A DNA stretch of 64,000 nt from an uncultured Candidatus Binatia bacterium (lineage in GTDB: Bacteria; Desulfobacterota; Binatia; UBA9968; JAJDTQ01). Under the pieces are notes generated by a model that saw only the letters and a program-made list of their open reading frames with translations, was not told where the DNA came from and did no database searches. The number at the start of each line of letters is the position of its first letter. Position 1 is the first letter of the stretch. A program made the translations under genes and the position numbers. Positions 30,328 through 40,894 of the stretch are shown here, piece by piece. The stretch lies in assembly GCA_965213675.1 (NCBI GenBank), contig CBDCAF010000018.1, positions 1 through 64,000 on the forward strand. Direction: 5' to 3'.

Positions 30328-30838
30328 GGCGTCGGCACACCCTTACGCCCGCTTTGACCTCCGCCGTGGCCAGGGATGCACTCCCCGGCATGAGGCCCGA
30401 CGCAGGCCGTTTGAAACAGGACGACCGATTGATACAGACGTATTTGGTATCCTCCGCCATGTCAACGCGCCGCGTCAACGGTCTGGTGTTTGCGACACGG
30501 CCGCCCCTCCAGGATGGCTCCGGCGCTGAAACCCGGATCATTCCGCGGGTGCGTTCTTGCAGGTGCATGCGGAAGTCCGGTGTCCTTTGCGTCAGTCCCG
30601 GATGCCCCCTTCTGTCATTCCCGCGCTGTGCGTTCTTGTGGCGTGCCGGGATTTTGTCTAAGTGTCTGAGTCTAGGAGCCTGTCGGGTTTGTCGAATCGT
30701 AGCGAGAGGCAGAGGGATGGAGGCCAGTTTCGGGCGGATTTGAGGACAAGATTGGTAATATTGGACGAAAATCCAACCGGCAATGGACCCATTCCCCTGC
30801 CTCGCAGCAGATTCTTGATAAACCCGACAGGCCCCTAG

Positions 30839-30871
30839 TGTCGTGTCCCGCAAATTACTGCGATAATTTGC
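30839..30871. mobile_element. Solo MITE end
   Basis: CTAG followed by TGTCGTGTCCCGCAAATTACTGCGATAATTTGC; no partner end seen nearby. Confidence 0.55.
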
Positions 30872-30951
30872 CGGTATGGATACGACGCCAGGAAATGCTG
30901 AAACATGGCTTTGCGCGGGCCGTCAGCCCAGCGTGGCCCAGGGAGGAATTC

Positions 30952-31899
30952 ATGAGCGACTTTTACAGCGAATGGCTGAACACCACGGATCGGAACGAGC
31001 AGTTTGTCGAAAACGCGCCGCGGGTGGCGCGCCACACCGAACTGGATTGGGTCCAGACGCGACAGGACGCCAGGGCGGCGTTGATGATCGCGCCCGAGCG
31101 AGGCTTTCCCACCGGCGGGAGCATGATGATGCGGGCGGAGATTCCCGTGGGTTGGCACACCGGGCGTCACAGCCACGGCGAGGAAGCCATCTACGTGGAA
31201 AGCGGCACGGGCTTCATGGTGCTGGACGGCAAGCGCTACGACTTCGGGCCGGGCACGGTCCTGCACGTGCCCTATCGGTCCGAGCACCAGTTGTTCAACA
31301 CCGGCGACGTGCCGGTGGGCTACATCTCCGGGCTGGCCTGGCACCTGGAGGCCTCGATGTACATGGGCCGCATGGATCAGTTCGAGGACTGCGGCGCCAA
31401 CAATCCGGAGGCGCTGACCGCCATCGGACCGGAAGAGTCGCAGGACTGGCCGGAAGACGGCCGGCGTATCTCCATGCACCAGGACCAGCACGAGCTTTCG
31501 GCCGAGTCCAAGCACGGCGCCACCTACTTCCTCATGGGCCGCAGCGGCAGCCGCAATGGTTTCAAGGCCACGGCCGCGGCCATCAGTTCCATCTTCGTTG
31601 AGTTGCCGCGCTCCAAGAGCCACAGCCACGCGCACCCCGAGGCATACCTCTACGCGCTCAAAGGGGCGGGCTACTCGGAGATCGGCGGCAAGCAGTACAA
31701 CTGGGAGCAGGGCGACGCCGTGCACGTGCCGCCCGGCATGATGCACCACCAGCACTTCAACCCCAGCGATGGCGAGACCCGTGAGCTCCGCTTCGAGTTC
31801 GGCATCCGCTACTGGCTGGTGGATCAGTGGAAGGGCTACACCACCATCGACAAGCACCTGCGCGCCATGTCCATGGACGAGGACGACGAGGACAAGTAG
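30952..31899 (+). CDS. Bicupin domain protein
   Basis: HSHGEEAIY...HQLFN and HAHPEAYLY...HQHFN motifs. Confidence 0.82.
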   Translation: MSDFYSEWLNTTDRNEQFVENAPRVARHTELDWVQTRQDARAALMIAPERGFPTGGSMMMRAEIPVGWHTGRHSHGEEAIYVESGTGFMVLDGKRYDFGPGTVLHVPYRSEHQLFNTGDVPVGYISGLAWHLEASMYMGRMDQFEDCGANNPEALTAIGPEESQDWPEDGRRISMHQDQHELSAESKHGATYFLMGRSGSRNGFKATAAAISSIFVELPRSKSHSHAHPEAYLYALKGAGYSEIGGKQYNWEQGDAVHVPPGMMHHQHFNPSDGETRELRFEFGIRYWLVDQWKGYTTIDKHLRAMSMDEDDEDK

Positions 31900-32023
31900 C
31901 CCGGAAGGATTCTCTCCGTGGCGGGCGCGGGTCCGGTGGGCGCAGGATGACGAACAGGGCGACGTGACGGCAGCGGACGGTATCTGTCCGCTGCCTGGAC
32001 AGGACGAGCGCGCGCGCCAACCA

Positions 32024-34078
32024 TTATTCGCGGATTCCCGCCAAGTCCAGCAGAAATGCGTATTCCAGGGCGATCTCGCGATAGCGCTTGAAGCGCCCGG
32101 ACGCGCCGCCGTGCCCGGCTTCCATGTTGGTCTTGAGCAACAGGCGGTTGGGGTCGGTCTTGACCGCGCGCAGCTTGGCCACCCATTTGGCAGGCTCCCA
32201 GTACTGCACCTGAGAGTCGTGCAGTCCGGTGGTCACGAGCATGTGGGGGTAGTCCCGGGCCGCGACGTTGTCGTAGGGTGAGTACGACAGTATGTAGTTG
32301 TAGAATTCCTTGTCGTTGGGGTTGCCCCACTCGTCGTACTCGCCGGTGGTGAGAGGAATGTCGGGGTCCAGCATGGTGGTGACCACATCCACGAACGGCA
32401 CCTGCGCCACCACGCCCTGGAACAGGTCCGGCCGCAGGTTCACCACCGCCCCCATCAGCAGGCCGCCGGCGCTTCCACCCATGGCGAACAGCCGCTCCCG
32501 CGAGGTATAGCCCTCCGCGATCAGATGCTCGGCGCACGCGACGAAGTCCGTGAAGGTGTTCTTCTTCCGGAGCAGCCTGCCGTCCTCGTACCACGCCCGC
32601 CCCATCTCTTCGCCGCCGCGGATGTGCGCGATGGCGAAGACGAAGCCACGGTCGAGCAGGCTCAGGCGCGCCGAGCCGAAGCCGGCGTCCAGGCTGTGGC
32701 CGTAGGAGCCGTAGCCGTAGAGCAGCAGCGGCGCGCGGCCGTCGCGCGCCGTCCCCTTCCGGTACACCAGCGAAATGGGCACCCGGGCGCCGTCCGCGGC
32801 GGTGGCGTGAAGCCGCTCGGTGCGGTATTGCCCGCTGTCGAAACCGCCCAGGACCTCCTCTTGCTTGAGCAGGGTCTTCTCCCGCGTCACCATGTCGTAG
32901 TCGTAGATGGAGCTGGGCGTAGTCATGGAGGTGTAGCCGTAGCGCAGTACCGTGGTGTCGAACTCCGGGTTGACGCTTGTGCCCGCGGCATAGGCGGGCT
33001 CGCCGAACTCCAGGTAGTGCTCCTCCGAGCCGTCCCACGGGATGATGCGGATGCGCATGAGCCCGTCGTGGCGTTCCTCCAGCACCAAGTGGTCCTGGAA
33101 CACCTCGAAGCCCTCCAGCAACACGTCGGGCCGGTGCGGAATGACTTCCTTCCAATGGTCCTTGCCGGTGTGGTCCAAGGGCGTGGACACGAGCCGGAAA
33201 TTGCGGGCTTCGTGATTGGTGTGGATGAAGAAGCGGTCCTCGAAATGGTCCACGGCGTGTTCGTGTCCCCGCTCCCGCGGCAGGAATACGGTGAACGCGC
33301 CGGTGGGGTCGCTGGCGTCGAGGTAGCGGTACTCGTTGCTCAGGGTCTGCGCGGAGACGATCATCAGGTAGCGCTTGGACTTGGTCTTGAACACGTGGGC
33401 CGAGAAGGTGTCGTCGGTTTCTTCGTAAACGAGCACGTCGTCATCCGGGTCGGTTCCCAGCGCGTGGCGGTAGATGCGGCAGGAGCGCAGGGTCTCGGGG
33501 TCCTGCTTGGCGTAGAACAGGGTTCGGTCGTCGTTTGCCCAGGTGATGTTGCTGGTCACCTCGGGGATGACGTCGGAAAGGGTCGCGCCGGTGGCGAGAT
33601 CCTTGAATCGGACGGTGTAGATGCGCCGCCCCTGGGTGTCCTCGGTGTACGCCAGCAGACCCTGGCCGAAGCTCACCGCGATCCTCCCCACCGAGTAGAA
33701 CTCGTGGCCCTCGGCGAGGACATTCACGTCGAGCATCATCTCTTCCGGATTGTCCAGGGACTCGCGCTTGCGCGCATACAGCGGATACTCCTGGCCCTCC
33801 TGGAAACGGGTGTAGTAATAGTAGTCGTCCCGCCGGTAGGGCACCGACATGTCCGTCTGCTTGATGCGCCCCTTGATCTCTTCGAACAGCGCCTCCTCGA
33901 GCTCCTGAACGTGGGCCATGGCCGCCGCGGTGTGGGCGTTTTCCGCTTCCAGGTAGGCCACCGTGTCGGGGTTCTCGCGTTCCCTCAGCCAGTAATAGTC
34001 ATCGATGCGCACGTGACCGTGATGCTCGAGCCTTTTGGGAGAAATCTTGGCCGTGGGTGGATTGAGGAAGCGTTCCAT
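32024..34078 (-). CDS. ptrB: Oligopeptidase B (S9A)
   Basis: DDYYWLR, YGYGSYG, GGSAGG, HDSQVQYWEPAKW and AGHGG motifs. Confidence 0.93.
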   Translation of the reverse strand: MERFLNPPTAKISPKRLEHHGHVRIDDYYWLRERENPDTVAYLEAENAHTAAAMAHVQELEEALFEEIKGRIKQTDMSVPYRRDDYYYYTRFQEGQEYPLYARKRESLDNPEEMMLDVNVLAEGHEFYSVGRIAVSFGQGLLAYTEDTQGRRIYTVRFKDLATGATLSDVIPEVTSNITWANDDRTLFYAKQDPETLRSCRIYRHALGTDPDDDVLVYEETDDTFSAHVFKTKSKRYLMIVSAQTLSNEYRYLDASDPTGAFTVFLPRERGHEHAVDHFEDRFFIHTNHEARNFRLVSTPLDHTGKDHWKEVIPHRPDVLLEGFEVFQDHLVLEERHDGLMRIRIIPWDGSEEHYLEFGEPAYAAGTSVNPEFDTTVLRYGYTSMTTPSSIYDYDMVTREKTLLKQEEVLGGFDSGQYRTERLHATAADGARVPISLVYRKGTARDGRAPLLLYGYGSYGHSLDAGFGSARLSLLDRGFVFAIAHIRGGEEMGRAWYEDGRLLRKKNTFTDFVACAEHLIAEGYTSRERLFAMGGSAGGLLMGAVVNLRPDLFQGVVAQVPFVDVVTTMLDPDIPLTTGEYDEWGNPNDKEFYNYILSYSPYDNVAARDYPHMLVTTGLHDSQVQYWEPAKWVAKLRAVKTDPNRLLLKTNMEAGHGGASGRFKRYREIALEYAFLLDLAGIRE

Positions 34079-34240
34079 GCCACCACCTTAGCAGAGAATC
34101 AGGCGCGCTCACGAACGCGGCTCGGACTCGCATTCCGTTGCCGAACGCTATAGCCTGTGCGCGAACGAAGGGGTACGAAAAGGGGTACGAAGGGGACGCG
34201 TTCGACAAGGACACGAGGGTTTCCGGGCAAGGAGGGCATC

Positions 34241-35296
34241 ATGGCGACCAGGGCGGTCAAGGAATTCGAGGTCCATCCCTACGTGCAGTTCATGAGCGAC
34301 CGGTTCGGTGCGTATGACCGCTGGATCGAGTCCGAGGGGTTGCCCGTGGTGAGCGGCTCCCATGTCCAGGACGTGCGCCGCATGGAACTGGGCGCGTGGC
34401 CGCGCCGGGGCGGCAAGGGCGCTTACCTGTCGTTCTCCGACCAGCGCGTGGCCGACGGCTACGTGTGCGAGATCGCGCCGGGTTCGAGCCTCGAGCCCCA
34501 ACGGCACCTCTTCGAGGAGATCGTGCTCATCACCCAGGGGCGCGGCGCCACCACGGTATGGTACGACGAGGCGCGCAAGCGCGCCTTCGAGTGGGAGACC
34601 GGTAGTCTCTTCGCCATTCCGCTCAATGCCTGGCACCAGCACTTCAACGCCAGCGGACAGGAACCGGCGCGCTACTTCGCCCTTACGAGCGCCCCGGTGG
34701 TGTTCGAGCTCTACCGGGACCCGGATTTCATCTTCAACACCGACCATGTCTTCAGGGACCGCTTCGATCCGGCCCAGGAGGACTTCTTCAGTCGTGAAGG
34801 AAGGTACAACACCGACTACTACGGCGGCATCCTGGAGAACAATTTCATCAGCAATATCCGCGACATCAAGCTGGTCCCGCGGGAGAAGCGCGGCAAGGGC
34901 AACCGCAACATGTACATCCACATGGCCGGCAGCACCATGCTCGCGCATGTCTCCCAGTTCCCGGTGGGAACCTACAAGAAGGCGCACCGCCACGGCCCCG
35001 GCGCTCACATCTACATGCTCGACTCCACCGGCTACTCGCTCATGTGGCAGGAGGGCGAGAAGCCCCAGCGCTTCGACTGGCAGGAAGGCACGGTGATGTC
35101 GCCGCCGGCCGGGAGCTGGCACCAGCACTACAACACCGGCCCGGAGCCCTGTCGGTTCGTGGCGCTGCACGCCTCCACCGCGGTCCAGGGCGAGGAGCGT
35201 GGCGTCGAGCAGATCGAGTTCGAGGACGAGGACCGGGCGTTGCGGCAAATGTACCAGGACGAGTGCGCGCGCAACGGCGTCACGGCGCAGATGTGA
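34241..35296 (+). CDS. Bicupin domain protein
   Basis: QRHLFEE, PLNAWHQHFN, YKKAHRHGPG and WHQHYN motifs. Confidence 0.82.
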   Translation: MATRAVKEFEVHPYVQFMSDRFGAYDRWIESEGLPVVSGSHVQDVRRMELGAWPRRGGKGAYLSFSDQRVADGYVCEIAPGSSLEPQRHLFEEIVLITQGRGATTVWYDEARKRAFEWETGSLFAIPLNAWHQHFNASGQEPARYFALTSAPVVFELYRDPDFIFNTDHVFRDRFDPAQEDFFSREGRYNTDYYGGILENNFISNIRDIKLVPREKRGKGNRNMYIHMAGSTMLAHVSQFPVGTYKKAHRHGPGAHIYMLDSTGYSLMWQEGEKPQRFDWQEGTVMSPPAGSWHQHYNTGPEPCRFVALHASTAVQGEERGVEQIEFEDEDRALRQMYQDECARNGVTAQM

Positions 35297-35441
35297 CCCG
35301 CGCGTGTGACCGCATGGCCGGCGCGGCGCGTGCCGCAACGATGTCGCGCGCCGTGTCCTCCACCACGACGCATGTGTCCTACCGGTGACGCCGCCGGTGC
35401 GCCGGCGCGGGCCAGACCCGTCAAATGCGAAAGGAGCCGTC

Positions 35442-35897
35442 ATGAGCGAAGGCACGCCCAGGAGAGCCCGGGCCATGGGCATCAACCACGTGGTGCTGGA
35501 GGTAGGGGATCTGGACGAGGCGCTGGAGTTCTACGGCGCCATCTTCGACTTCAGCCTGCGCGGCCGGAGCGACCGCAACGCCTTCATCGACCTGGGCGAC
35601 CAGTTCATCCAGTTGAGCTTGGGAAAGACCCAGGAGGCGGACGGGAAACGCCACTTCGGCTTTGTCGTGGACGACCGCGAGCCGGTGCGCGCCGCCCTCG
35701 CCCGCCTCGGGGTGCCGCCCCTGGACCAGCGCCTCAACTTCCGCGACCCGTGGGGCAACCGCATCGAGGTGGTGCCCTACAATGAAATTCAGTTCTCCAA
35801 GGCGCCCCACGTGCTCAGTGGCATGGGCCTCGGCGCATTGAAGAAGACGTCATCGGCCGCCGCGGAACTTGCAAAGAAGGGCATGGCGCCGGACTGA
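35442..35897 (+). CDS. VOC/glyoxalase family protein
   Basis: INHVVLEV, HFGFVV and FRDPWGNRIE motifs. Confidence 0.85.
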   Translation: MSEGTPRRARAMGINHVVLEVGDLDEALEFYGAIFDFSLRGRSDRNAFIDLGDQFIQLSLGKTQEADGKRHFGFVVDDREPVRAALARLGVPPLDQRLNFRDPWGNRIEVVPYNEIQFSKAPHVLSGMGLGALKKTSSAAAELAKKGMAPD

Positions 35898-35920
35898 GGC
35901 CGGCGCCGCCCTGCGTTCGC

Positions 35921-36958
35921 TCAGGACTGCGGCTTCTTGAAGCCGGTCAGGATTTGCAGGTACTCCTTGATGTCCGGAGGCATGTTGTTCAGCCCGGTCA
36001 GGGCCTCTCGGATGGCCGTGGGCGACACATAGGCGATGTTGAGGCGCGCCTTTCGGGTCTCCTTGAGGAATTCGGGGTTCTCCATCACCGCTTGGAAGGC
36101 CTTCCGCAGGATCGCGACCCGTTCCTTGGGCGTGCCCGGTGGCAGCGTGTAGACGCGGGTGATGGTGTTCTGCCGGTCCCACGCCTTGAAGGCCTTCGCA
36201 TGCTGGCCCTTGAGCACGTCGGAGAACAGCGGGACGTCCTTCACCTCCGGGTCCTGATGACGCTTGGTGATGATGAAGGGAACGAACTTGTTGTCGCCGG
36301 TGGCGTCCAGCATGCCCCGCGCGGTGACCCTCATGGACTCCCACGTCCAGCACGCGCCGTCCACTTCGCCGGACTCCATGGCGAGGCGTATCTTGGAAGT
36401 GCCGCCGTAGCCCGGAATGCTCTTGAACTTGGTGCCCAGTTGCCGGTTCAGGAACAGAAACGGGTCGGTGGTGTTGCCGGGCGCGCGCGTGCCGCCCATG
36501 GTGACCTCTCTCCCTGACTTGACGACATCATCCAGGGTCTTGAGCCCCGACCGCGCCATCAGGCCGCACGTGACCGAGTCCGACGTGGGTGTGCCGATGT
36601 ACTCGAACTCCTTGGGCTCGATCTGCACCTTTTTGTCGCCCATGGCGTGGGCGAAGATCAGTGCGGGGCTCCAGACGCCGAGGGTCGCTCCGTCGGGCTT
36701 GGCCTTTCTGAATACGAAGTTGGCCGTGATCAGGCTTCCGGCCCCGGGCAGATTCTGCACAATCGGCGTGGGGTTGCCTGGGATATACTGGCCGATGTGG
36801 CGGGCAATGTAGCGGGTATAGGTGTCATAGCCGCCCCCGGGGGTGAACCCCACCAGCATGCGCAGGTTCTTGCCCTTGTAGAATTCCTCCGCTCCTGCCG
36901 CGGCAGATCCCAGTACGAGCGCCAGCACCACGGCCAGTGACTTGATCATGCGAGACAT
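35921..36958 (-). CDS. Bug/TctC family substrate-binding protein
   Basis: FYKGK, GFTPGGGYD, NLPGAGS, KPDG and GYGG...LAMESGEVDG motifs. Confidence 0.88.
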   Translation of the reverse strand: MSRMIKSLAVVLALVLGSAAAGAEEFYKGKNLRMLVGFTPGGGYDTYTRYIARHIGQYIPGNPTPIVQNLPGAGSLITANFVFRKAKPDGATLGVWSPALIFAHAMGDKKVQIEPKEFEYIGTPTSDSVTCGLMARSGLKTLDDVVKSGREVTMGGTRAPGNTTDPFLFLNRQLGTKFKSIPGYGGTSKIRLAMESGEVDGACWTWESMRVTARGMLDATGDNKFVPFIITKRHQDPEVKDVPLFSDVLKGQHAKAFKAWDRQNTITRVYTLPPGTPKERVAILRKAFQAVMENPEFLKETRKARLNIAYVSPTAIREALTGLNNMPPDIKEYLQILTGFKKPQS

Positions 36959-37306
36959 CGGTAACCTCCTTGAAGTGTTTGGGGTCTTCGGTCGGACAGA
37001 ACCGGCTACCCGTAACAACACGCCATGGGAGTGTCAACACTGGCGAGGCGGTCCAGCGAAGCCTGGCACTCCTCGTGTGCCGCACCTGCTTCACAGACCC
37101 ACCGATTGGATGGCTATCCAGATGGATTTCGCGCCGAACCACGGTCATCCGCTTTCGAACCGACCCAATTTGCACGCCTCGCAACGGCTTGTTAGGTTGC
37201 CAGCCATTGGCGGTGCTTCGGCGCCGGGTGCACGGATCCTCGAACGGGGATCCTCGATGCGGTGAGGCTGGCAGGGACGCAGCCCGCTGGAAAGGAGAAC
37301 GGAAGG

Positions 37307-38188
37307 ATGCGCATTCGAACGACAGGGCGGTTTGCAGGACGGTTCGTTTCGAAGGCAATCGTGGTCCTTGGAGTAGCGGTGACGGGTGTCAGCCTGTTGC
37401 TTGGCAGTGCCGGCGCCGCATCCCTTCTGGAAAAGGCCAAGGCCGGGGAGACCGTCCGGATCGGTTTCGCCAACGAGATTCCCTGGGCCTATCCGGGAGA
37501 CAATAACGTGCCCAAGGGCTTCGTGAACGCCATTGCCATCGGCGTGCTCAACGAGATGGGGATCACCAAGATCCAACCCGTGGTCACGGATTGGGGCGGA
37601 CTGATTCCCGGTCTCAAGGCCAACCGGTTCGATGTCATTACCGGCGGCATGTACATTCTCAAGAGCCGTTGTCAGAACATCAACTTCTCGGATCCCATCG
37701 GGATCTTCGGTGACGCGTTCATCGTTGCCAAGGGCAATCCCAAGAACCTGCACAACTACCAGGACATCAAGAAGCAGAACGCCGTCCTGGTGACCGGCGC
37801 CGGCTACAATATCGTGGAGGCGGCGAAGAAGGAGGGCGTGCCCACCGCCCAGGTCATGCAGGTGCCGGGTCCCACGGAGATCCTGGCGGCGGTCCGGGCC
37901 GGACGCGCGGACGCCGGCGGCGTGACGTTTTTCACGGCGAACGCGCTGGTGAAGAAGAGTGGCGGCGCGGTGGATGTCAGCGATCCTTCGAAACAGCCGG
38001 AGTGGACCTACAACTGGGTCGGCATCGGCTTCCGCAAGTCGGACACGGCCTTCCTGAAGGCGTTCAACGAAGCCTTGGCCAAGCACCTGGGCTCGGACAA
38101 GATGATGGCCGCGGTCAAGGAGTATAGCTACACCAAGGCGCAGCTTCCCGGTGACGGCAGCACGGCATTCGCCTGCGCCAACCGCTGA
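37307..38188 (+). CDS. ehuB: Ectoine/hydroxyectoine ABC substrate-binding protein
   Basis: IGFANEIPWAY, LIPGLKANRFD and GNPKNLH motifs; operon context. Confidence 0.8.
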   Translation: MRIRTTGRFAGRFVSKAIVVLGVAVTGVSLLLGSAGAASLLEKAKAGETVRIGFANEIPWAYPGDNNVPKGFVNAIAIGVLNEMGITKIQPVVTDWGGLIPGLKANRFDVITGGMYILKSRCQNINFSDPIGIFGDAFIVAKGNPKNLHNYQDIKKQNAVLVTGAGYNIVEAAKKEGVPTAQVMQVPGPTEILAAVRAGRADAGGVTFFTANALVKKSGGAVDVSDPSKQPEWTYNWVGIGFRKSDTAFLKAFNEALAKHLGSDKMMAAVKEYSYTKAQLPGDGSTAFACANR

Positions 38189-38393
38189 GCCCGCCGCGGC
38201 CCCGCCCACGGGGTCAGGCGGCAGCAGCCCGGCGGCCCACGCGGTTCAAACACGCACCGGCCGCCGGGCCGCGATGGGCGGAGCGGCCCGGGCCCGGTCC
38301 CCGCTGCTTGAACCCGGTGTGCGACCGTGCGTGACCGCGACCGCTGTTGATCCGGACGCGTGACCGCTCCTGCTCGCGCTGGCGGGGAACCCG

Positions 38394-39059
38394 ATGTCCT
38401 ACTTCGACTTCCTCGCGACACACGGTTGGCGCTTGGCCGAAGGTGTCGTGGTGACGGCGCAGCAGACCGTGCTGGCGGCGGCGCTGGCGGTGGTCATCGC
38501 ATTGGTGATGGGGCTGATGCGGCTTTCGCCCAACGCCGCGGTGCGCGGCACGGCCACGTGCTACATCGAGGTCTTCCGCGGCACCTCGCTCCTCATCCAG
38601 CTCTACTGGATCTTCTTCGTGTTGCCCCTGTTCGGGCTCACCCTTGAGAAGTTCGTCGCGGGTTTCGTGGCGGTGGGGATGAACCTGGGCGCCTATGGGG
38701 CGGAGGTGGTGCGGGGCGCGATCCAGGCCGTGCCCCGGGGTCAATATGAGGCCGCGCTGGCGCTCAACCTGTCGCCCTGGACGCGGATGCAACGCATTAT
38801 CCTGCCCCAGGCCTTCCTGATCATGCTCCCGCCCTGGGGCAACCTCCTGATCGAGCTCCTCAAGGCCACCGCGCTGGTGGCCCTGATTTCGGTGACCGAC
38901 CTGATGTTTCAGGCCAAGCAGATCAACGGTTACACGTTTCTGTCGGCCGAGGCTTTCGGCACTGCGCTGGTGATCTACTACGTCATGGCGCGGCTCTTGA
39001 TCTCGCCTTCCATGCGCTGGCTGGAGGGCATGATGGCGCGCAAGATGGGCCGGGCCTGA
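38394..39059 (+). CDS. ehuC: Ectoine ABC permease
   Basis: FRGTSLLIQLYW, AYGAEVVRG and NLLIELLK motifs. Confidence 0.82.
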   Translation: MSYFDFLATHGWRLAEGVVVTAQQTVLAAALAVVIALVMGLMRLSPNAAVRGTATCYIEVFRGTSLLIQLYWIFFVLPLFGLTLEKFVAGFVAVGMNLGAYGAEVVRGAIQAVPRGQYEAALALNLSPWTRMQRIILPQAFLIMLPPWGNLLIELLKATALVALISVTDLMFQAKQINGYTFLSAEAFGTALVIYYVMARLLISPSMRWLEGMMARKMGRA

Positions 39060-39070
39060 TCGAGGCGGGG

Positions 39071-39742
39071 ATGTTCGACTGGCGCTGGGACTTCACGTTC
39101 GAGATTCTGCCGCAGCTCCTGTGGGCGACGCTCAACACGTTGATGGCCGCGGGCATCGGCTACGGCATCGCCTTGGTGCTGGGGCTGGTGTTCTGCCTGG
39201 CGCAACGTACGCCGTGGCGCGCCTTGACCCGGGTCGTGCGCGAGGCCGTGGAGTTCATCCGCTCGACCCCACTGGTGTTGCAGATCTTCTTCGTGTTCTA
39301 TGTCGGTCCGCAGTTCGGCGTTCGGCTGTCGCCGTGGACTTCGGGCATGATCGCCATCGGGCTCCACTACGCCGCCTACCTGTCGGAAGTATACCGGGGC
39401 GGTCTCGACGCCGTGCCCAAGGGGCAGTGGGAGGCGTGCCACGCGCTCCATCTGAGCACGACGCGAACCTATTTCCGGATCATCATCCCGCAGGCGCTAC
39501 CGGCCGCCCTGCCCGGCATGGGCAACTATCTCGTGGGGATATTCAAGGACACCCCCATGCTGTCGGTCATCGCCGTCACCGAACTCTTGCAGGCCGCCAA
39601 CGCCATCGGCTCGGAGACCTATCGTTTCCTGGAACCCTACACCATGGTCGGGGTGATATTTCTGGCGATCTCGTTGCCCGCGGCGGCCGGACTTCGCGCG
39701 TTCGAGGCCTGGGTGCGGCGGGCGCTGGGGATGAGTCGATGA
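39071..39742 (+). CDS. ehuD: Ectoine ABC permease
   Basis: WRWDF, FIRSTPLVLQ, HYAAYLSEVYR and FKDTP motifs. Confidence 0.82.
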   Translation: MFDWRWDFTFEILPQLLWATLNTLMAAGIGYGIALVLGLVFCLAQRTPWRALTRVVREAVEFIRSTPLVLQIFFVFYVGPQFGVRLSPWTSGMIAIGLHYAAYLSEVYRGGLDAVPKGQWEACHALHLSTTRTYFRIIIPQALPAALPGMGNYLVGIFKDTPMLSVIAVTELLQAANAIGSETYRFLEPYTMVGVIFLAISLPAAAGLRAFEAWVRRALGMSR

Positions 39743-39949
39743 AGCGCATTCCGAGCAGGGGCAGCCGGGCGCCGGCGCCTCGCGAACCGGCACGGAAGGT
39801 GCGCGTTTCGGGCCGCCCCGCGTCATCGGCTGCTGCCGGCCGTCTGCGTCCGGACCCACGGCAGCCGCACATGATCCCCTCGGGCCGGTCCGCGTTGTCA
39901 GTCCATTGCCGGCTGTTGCCGGTTCCCGCGATTGTCCCTGGAGGGTCCC

Positions 39950-40759
39950 GTGACTGATTCCGTCCATCCCACGAGCCTCGGCGCCGGCGGCCCCATGGTG
40001 CGCTTCAGCAAGGTCACGAAACGGTATGGGTCCCTCACCGTTCTGGATGCCTTGGACCTCGACGTCGCCGCCAACGAGATGGTGTGCATCATCGGGCCTT
40101 CCGGCGCGGGCAAGACCAGCGTGTTGCGCATGCTCATGACCCTGGAGGAAATCGACGACGGCGTCATCTACGTGGAAGGCCAGCCGCTGACGCATATGGA
40201 GCGGGACGGCGTTCTGGTGAAGGCCAACACGGCGCACCTGCGCAAGCAGCGCATGAACATCGGCATGGTTTTTCAGCATTTCAATCTGTTCCCGCACATG
40301 ACCGCGCTGGCGAACTGCATGGAGGCGCCGGTCCAGGTGCTGGGGCTCAGCCGGGACGAGGCGGAAGCGAGGGCGGTGGAATTGCTGGGCATGGTGGGGT
40401 TGGAGGACAAGAAGGACCAGCACCCGTCGCGCCTTTCCGGCGGCCAGCAACAGCGCGTGGCCATCGCCCGGGCCTTGGCCATGCGTCCCAAGGTCATGCT
40501 GCTGGACGAAGTCACCTCCGCCCTGGACCCCGAGGTCATCGGCGAGGTGTTGAACGTCATCCGCCAACTCAACAGCGAGCATAGTCTCACCATGCTCATG
40601 GTGACCCACCAGATGGGCTTCGCCCGCGAGATCTCCGACCGGGTCTGCTTCCTGTACGAGGGCAAGATCGCCGAGCAGGGGACCCCCGGCGAGATTTTCG
40701 AAAACCCGCGCAACGAGCGCACCCAGCAGTTCCTCGCGGCGGTACTTGAGGCGCGCTGA
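39950..40759 (+). CDS. ehuA: Ectoine ABC ATP-binding protein
   Basis: GPSGAGKT, LSGGQQQR and LDEVTSALDPE motifs. Confidence 0.82.
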   Translation: MTDSVHPTSLGAGGPMVRFSKVTKRYGSLTVLDALDLDVAANEMVCIIGPSGAGKTSVLRMLMTLEEIDDGVIYVEGQPLTHMERDGVLVKANTAHLRKQRMNIGMVFQHFNLFPHMTALANCMEAPVQVLGLSRDEAEARAVELLGMVGLEDKKDQHPSRLSGGQQQRVAIARALAMRPKVMLLDEVTSALDPEVIGEVLNVIRQLNSEHSLTMLMVTHQMGFAREISDRVCFLYEGKIAEQGTPGEIFENPRNERTQQFLAAVLEAR

Positions 40760-40894
40760 CGCGAGCTCACCGGCTCGGTCTGCAACCGGACGTGACGATA
40801 CAAGCTTCGTCGGCGGTCGCCTCTGTTCGGCGTACGCCCCTGTGGTTGGCCGTTGGCAGGAGACTATCCGTGTAGGGGCGACCGGCGGCGGCCC

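Noticed and set aside
34163-34196. Short AGGGGTACGAA tandem repeat between ptrB and the cupin gene
   Set aside because: Only 2-3 short units; not enough evidence of function
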